Shown here: one piece after another, positions 58,240 to 64,000 of the stretch
Position numbering within the stretch: the stretch's first letter is position 1
Layout of the letters: each line of letters starts with the position of its first letter
NCBI GenBank assembly: GCA_905178155.1
Contig: CAJINV010000015.1
Coordinates: 1,035,907 to 1,099,906 of the forward strand
Direction of reading: 5' to 3'
Source: Amoebophrya sp. A120
Taxonomy: Eukaryota; Protista; Dinoflagellata
DNA: 64,000 bases
Translations under genes and position numbers: made by a program
Notes under the pieces: model-generated
The model's database searches: none
Seen by the model: only the letters and a program-made list of their open reading frames with translations
Told to the model about the DNA's origin: nothing

Positions 58240-61181
58240 TTACAAACTCGAGCTGGGGTTTTTCACCGCTTCAATGCACTCCGCCAACGCGGCGGTCACC
58301 GTTTTCACGTTCATTTTGTTAGAGTTGTACCCCATGAGCCCGATCCGCCTATCAAAAGGAAAAATCCCCCCCCCCATATCGTAATGGAAATCTGTGATGC
58401 AGGATTTGTGTACACAAATCGGATTTGTCTTGCGGTAGAGGGCTGCAGACAGATACAAAGCCCGGAAAGGGGTGGCTTGGGGTAGGCACTTAGCATGGCA
58501 GACGTCTGCCCTAGTAGCGTAGCAGCATTACAAATCGCCTGCGAAATGCACCGGAGGCCCTGGCTTTGCTCTCTTGCAAGACAGACTGGTTGAGCTGGGC
58601 GACCTCAGATGGCACCCCCGTCCCGAATTTCTCTTGATTTTTTAAGATTTTTTTTTCAAAAAAAAAATTTGGCAGGCCACTCGTCGTCGGGTGCCAACGT
58701 TCGATGGCCAGCCGCGAAGCTAAGCTGCGCTATTCTACTAGACCTCTCTGGTTCTAGTGCTGCTTTTATTTGCAGCTTCTCCGCATTACAAATTGCTGCT
58801 TTCTTGTCTACTTCCAACGATCTTTTTCGGTATCCCTTAGAAGTGGCGACGTATCCTCACAAAAAGTGCTCACTTTTGATGGCCAAAAGTGAACTCCAAA
58901 AAAGTCATCTTTTCCCATTTTTACCTCAAAAAAGTCTCTCGATTTTCTAGAAGGTGAAACCGAAAAAGACCTGCAATAATTGAGAATATAAGTGGGAGAG
59001 GAGACTTTTTTCTAGACTTTTTTTTTGGGTATGCAAGGTCGGAAGACGAAACCGAGGAGGAAAAACAGGAGACTTTTTTGGGAGCTCAAAAGTGATCATT
59101 TTTGGCTTCCAAAAATGTGCACTTGTTGTGGGGAAAAGCTGATGCTTGCTTTGGTGAGTGTTTGATGAGTCCACCACACCAACTGGAATAGCATCGACGC
59201 AGCATGCCGTGCAGTTTCGACTCAGCAAACGAGTTAGGAATGCGTAGCCACCTTAGAAATTCACCTGACGACGTGAGTCGCAACCTTTTTCCCAGTGCAA
59301 AGTAGGACGAAAAATCCCAAAATTTTTTTTGAAATGATGATATTGGCAGTGTGCCCTTTAGCGGACTGCTGCGTGCTACTCCCTCCTCCAGCCCGAGAGC
59401 AGCTGAACGCCGATCTTCTATGACGAACAGTTTTTTTGAAAAAAAAATCTTAAAAAATTGGAAGAAATTTGGAAGACTTTTTTCATCTGAGCCGCCCAGC
59501 TCAAGACTGGATGTGTGACCACAAATTAGCATCACAAATTTCGAAAAGCGCGCCTTTTCGATATGGGGAGGGGGGATTTTTCCTCACAATACCGCCAGCA
59601 CTTTCCCTTCAAGCTCCCGAGCGCCGCCCCGATCTCGATGTCAAAGCGGTCCCGCATCAGCGCGATCACCTTCATGCCGTCGCCGCACCCGTCCGGGATT
59701 TTGATGGTTGTCAAAGACGGTAACCGGATCTTTTCATCCACGTACGGCTCGCACCCGATCTTTTTCAACTCCGCCCAAAAGTACTGCGCGTTGGCCAAAT
59801 GGCGCGCGTGGGAATTCTCGAGACCCTCCTCCGCGACCAGCGTAAGGGCTTCCCGCATCGCGTAGGCCATGGTGATCGGGGCCGTGTGGTGGTAGACGCG
59901 CGGGGCGTTACCCTCCACAACCATATACTTTTTTATCATGCTCATGTCCAGGTACCAATTTTTCACCTTGTCTTTCCGACTGTCCAGCTTTTTGAGCGCG
60001 CGCTCGCCGAGCGTGAGTGGGGCGATACCCGGGGGACAACCCATACCTGTTGTAGGTAGAAGTTTTTTTTTCACACACTGTAAGTACTAAATCACTGACT
60101 TGGTTGATGTGTCGTATTTCATCTGCATAGAAAGAACGAGCACCTACTCGTTCACGTGAGGAATCTGAATCTGAGGCGTGATCCACCGGTACCATATGAA
60201 TTTCAACTTGAATTTTTGGAACGAGTGATTAATTATGATATGATAAAGTAGAAATACATTTCTGCCCGCCCGCGTAGCAAATGTCGACCTTCCAATCGTC
60301 CAGGTGGATCGGCACCCCGCAGATACTTGTTACCGTATCCAGCATGAGGAGGCAGTCGTGTTTTCGGCACAGTTCGCCGATCTCGCCCACGTTAGGTTGC
60401 AGTGTACCTGTATTTATTCATTAAGGAAATTTGTATTGCGTCATTTCAACATGATCCATGTCTATATATGGGGTTGCGTTCACAATCACATGCGACCTCC
60501 CATGCATGGCAGAAAACGATATTACCTGTGCTGGTTTCGGCATGGCAGATCCAGAGCAGCTGTGGTTTGTATTTTTCCAGCCCGGCCGCTACTTCTTCCA
60601 CGGTAAAAACCTCGCCGTAGGGCTTGTCAATGCGCTCGATTTTGTCCGTATACCGTCCGTGCATGTCCACCGCCCGCTCGCCGAAATAACCGTTCACACA
60701 GATTAAGTGCGTGTCCCCAAACTCGGTGCAGTTTGCCACGCCGGCCTCCCACGCGGCGCACCCAGTCCCAGAGACCGGAACAGTAAACAGGTTTTGCGTT
60801 TGCCACATATACCTTTCATTATATTTCAATCTTTTAATTTGAGGCATCCATGGCGTTTATTTGCATGACTGACAGAGAACTCGATACGTCTAGTACCTTC
60901 TTCATCAGCACCACAAATTCATAATATTTTTCGATTGCCCAATAAATTTGTTCCATGCATGTTGCTATTTTCTTCACGTTGTACCTGAGCATGTGCTTGA
61001 TGTCTTCCACGATGCGCATAAAATCGGCGTCCAAGTGCCCCACCTGCTGCAGCGCCATGGCGGCGTGCACGCGTGGGTGCGCATTCTGCGGCCCCGGTCC
61101 GAGTAGCAGGCGTTTCACGGGAGCCAGCTGCGGCTTCACCAATTTGGTGTCCAGAAGCGGGTTTTTCACAAAAAGGCCCAT
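58240..61181 (-). CDS. AGXT: Alanine-glyoxylate / serine-pyruvate aminotransferase (class V PLP enzyme)
   Basis: LLLGPGP, VSGTGCAAWEA, NGYFGERA, HAETSTG, DTVTS, PLP lysine in GGQKCMGCPPG, WYLD, YHHTAPI, RLPSLTTI, IEIG...WR/IGLMGYNS; C-terminus -SSL. Confidence 0.93.
58350..59591. mobile_element. Introner family C carrying a nested TIR element
   Basis: TSD ccgcc; excision restores the conserved WR/IGLMG. Confidence 0.92.
58590..59504. mobile_element. Non-autonomous TIR/foldback DNA transposon (MITE-like), nested
   Basis: Ends ttgagctgggcgacctcagatg ... catctgagccgcccagctcaa with ~80 bp imperfect TIR; flanked by gactgg on both sides; further inverted blocks at ~58857-58910 and ~59070-59130. 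Confidence 0.85.
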
Positions 61182-63514
61182 GGTTTGTTTTGCAAGGAGA
61201 ATCTCACGGTTCTTTTTGTTCTTATGATTTTGTTGATCGGTGGTTTTAATATTGGTGTTCTTAGTCACATCAATTATCGGATTTTTGTAGGAGACGGACA
61301 CATGAGCCGACGTAGCGCTAGCAGCCTGCCGCGTTTGGTATTGCGGAGGGACCTCAGTGGTCGGGGGTGCTTGCTTATTTTCGCTATCTGACTTCATGAT
61401 TTATTTTGGACAGAAGTAAATGGAATGCAGTACTTATCAAGCACGACGAAAGAGAAAAGCAAGATGTGACAAAATCAAGATGTTCATGTTGCCATCAACA
61501 CGAGGAGAAAAATCCTCACTATTAGGTGCTTGTTGTTTTCATGTGCCGTTTCAAGATGTTCAGATCGTGGCGTAGAAAAGGAAGGCGCAACTAGTAAGAA
61601 AGACCTGATAGATATGATTCGACACGGCTCGTGCTCGGTTGATGCTAATTTCGAGATCCTGATGTAGGAGCCGGCAAGGAAGTTCTTTCTGCGCGTGTTC
61701 CTGCTGGCACTGCCGTCTTGTTGCTTTTCGCAAAAAAGAAAAATCCCAACACTATACGCGCTGAACTCAGCGGCAGGTTGAGGCTCATGAATACACGTTA
61801 AAGTTTATGTTTACACAAGTAACTACTAACTTAATGTGCGCCACAAGGTTAAAGACTGTTCCTTCTAGAGCTGCCGGCGTGCAAGCTCAACTTTTGCGCG
61901 ATCTTAGTAGAGGTTGTAAATGGTGGGAGGTCCTGTGATTTGATTGATACGACAACGACGGATCAAATACAATACAATTTGCTTGATACGACGGACCACA
62001 AAGTAGTAAAAGTGTGTCAATCGACGCAAGCACGAATGTTGAGATGAATCTGAGTAAAACAAGTTCTTTCGAGACAGTGAAGGTACAGAATTCATCTGCT
62101 GTCCGATGCAGTTCGTTGCACGAAAATGACGTACAACTGCAGGCTAGCATATTAGTATTACTTGAACGTAGTTTTTTATCTTGTGTGTACGTCTGGTGCT
62201 CTCAGAGTCGCGCGCCCGAGATGAACGAAGCTGCGTCATCTGTTTTTTTCGAATAAAAAACCATACCGACCTGACCTCCTCATAACGGTTACGACGCAAC
62301 TGACTGCCCTTTCACTACAGGCACAGAATGAGTTGAGGGATAATTCCCTGCAAGAATCGGACGTTTTTGGTATAGGTACCACCCGATATGACGACCCACG
62401 CGGAACAGAAGATGAAGATCTTCATGGCAACGAGAAAAATAAAAGAAAGAGCAGTCAGTCAGTCGCTCTAGTACAGTGCGCTTCTCGCCTTCCTCGTGTA
62501 ATCTAGTGCGCGGTCAGCCCATCGCTCGTATCTAGGGCGCGACGCGAGCAGGTTCTTCCGCGCCTCTGTCCACAGCGTTTTCCTTGTCAAGTCTTGTCAG
62601 AAGAGGGGGGCGCTTCAACCTCTAAAAGAAATCTGCAAGACAAAATATCGGGGTAAAAAGAAAGAAAAGGAAAATGACTACGCTATCTAATGGTGGTCAG
62701 CTTAATGCGACAAAAAAGGTTTTTTTGTTATAGCATTAACTGTACAGATGAAAAGAACCTTCCCGAGTCTTTTTTTAAACAAGCACGACGGACTGGAGGG
62801 GGGGCCTCAGGTTTTGTAGTCCAAAGACAAGATGGAAGTAGACCGACGACGACGATAGTGTGTGAATAAAAACCTGCGACGAAATACTGGATGGAAAACG
62901 TGAAAGTTCGAAGTTGTGACGAAAATCAATTGTGTGCTCGCTTCTTTAGGCGAGCGAGTGACTGTTGTACGTGCTAATTGAGTTCCTGAGAGTAAGTGGC
63001 TAGCACACTGTGTCTCAACAATGTGCTACCAGTACTTGACCATTGTGACGAAAATCAAAATGAGTGCAAAAAAAGCAAGTGCTTAAAAATGATGGACTGG
63101 CATCGTCGGTGCCGCAGTTCCATGAAAAAATGAAGAGAAACGTAGAAAGTACAGGTGAAACAAAAAAAGGAAATTGCAAACAAATCGGAATGAAGAAACC
63201 GACCCACTACATCTGAAGCGCTTACTTTCACCCTACCCGCGGCGGCAGTGTAGGATCAGGTTGAGGACAAGGTAGGGCGACGGAACAAGGGAATAAAGAA
63301 CGACAAAGAGGAAGGGCCCATACAAAGAAATAAAAGTTTCATTTTCAATAAAATTAAAAACAAGGACAACGACAAGCGCCTCGGTGTTATAGTATCTTCT
63401 TGTTAGCCGTACTATACCATTTTTCGGGATGATGAAAAAGCCAGTTGTACTTCCCACTACATCGACCCGGTTGTAGCGTCGCAGCACGAGTTGATGTACT
63501 ATAGTAGTACTCCT

Positions 63515-64000
63515 TCACGACTGCGACGACGTGCTCTCTTCACACTTCGCGGTCTCGCCCTCCGCCTCCGGCTTCCATTCGCACGATTGGGTCCCCGGGG
63601 TAGCAGCGCCTTCGCAGTCTTCCTGCGAAAGAAGTTTGTCGCAGGGAATCTTGCCATCGGGGAGGGTCACCCCTCCGCCCACATCGCCGCTGCATTTCGC
63701 AAGACCGGACCCAGCGTCCATGGGAATCGGTCCAGCGTCGCAACCGTAGTACTCGCACTCGACCGCGTCGCCCCACAGTGTGTTATGCGAGTTTCAACGG
63801 TTACAGCTGCAGCTGTTGTGATGCCAGAATAGTAAAAGTGCAAGGGGGGCGCTCCTTGCACTTGCGCTTCTCGCATTACCAATACCGTTGCCCGGTGGAT
63901 CATCTCCATGCTATTTGACCCTTCGAAGATTTGTCATGCGAAGTGGCTTATTCATCATGTCAATGCAAATGCCGATGGTCATTTTGCATGCCAAACGATA
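63515..64000 (-). CDS. 3' part of a Cys-rich protein gene running off the window
   Basis: LWGDAVECEYYGCDAGPIPMDAGSGLAKCSG...PCDKLLSQEDCEG...SCEWKPEAEGETAKCEES*. Upstream structure unresolved; tttgtcatgc motif near 63930. Confidence 0.4.

Noticed and set aside
2736-59591. Recurring ~25-bp repeats as a CRISPR array or bacterial REP/IS elements
   Set aside because: The repeats are inverted pairs with TSDs dispersed inside eukaryotic genes. There are no regular spacers and no cas genes.

Overview
This is eukaryotic DNA, most consistent with the parasitic dinoflagellate Amoebophrya (Syndiniales, strain-A120-like). That assignment is an inference from intron architecture, gene co-orientation and a perfect dinoflagellate spliced leader. 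About 10 protein genes are present, all on the minus strand: two tandem Cys-rich paralogs, a large GT-A glycosyltransferase-like protein, CCT-alpha (TCP1), a P5-type ATPase, a cNMP-binding-domain protein, a hypothetical protein, a U1/matrin-type Zn-finger protein, alanine-glyoxylate aminotransferase and a partial gene. The ORF track looks fragmented because the genes are interrupted by about 50 non-canonical introner elements from 8 or more families. Each element has TAT...ATA termini, family-specific terminal inverted repeats, a 5-bp target-site duplication (TSD) and shared internal GCATNACAA motifs. Removing an element plus one TSD copy restored the reading frame at nearly every junction I translated. 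Five introners carry nested cargo. The most notable cargo is a 1.66-kb insert that starts exactly with the 22-nt spliced leader yet appears to retain GT-AG introns. Coordinates were read by eye and may be off by a few bases.
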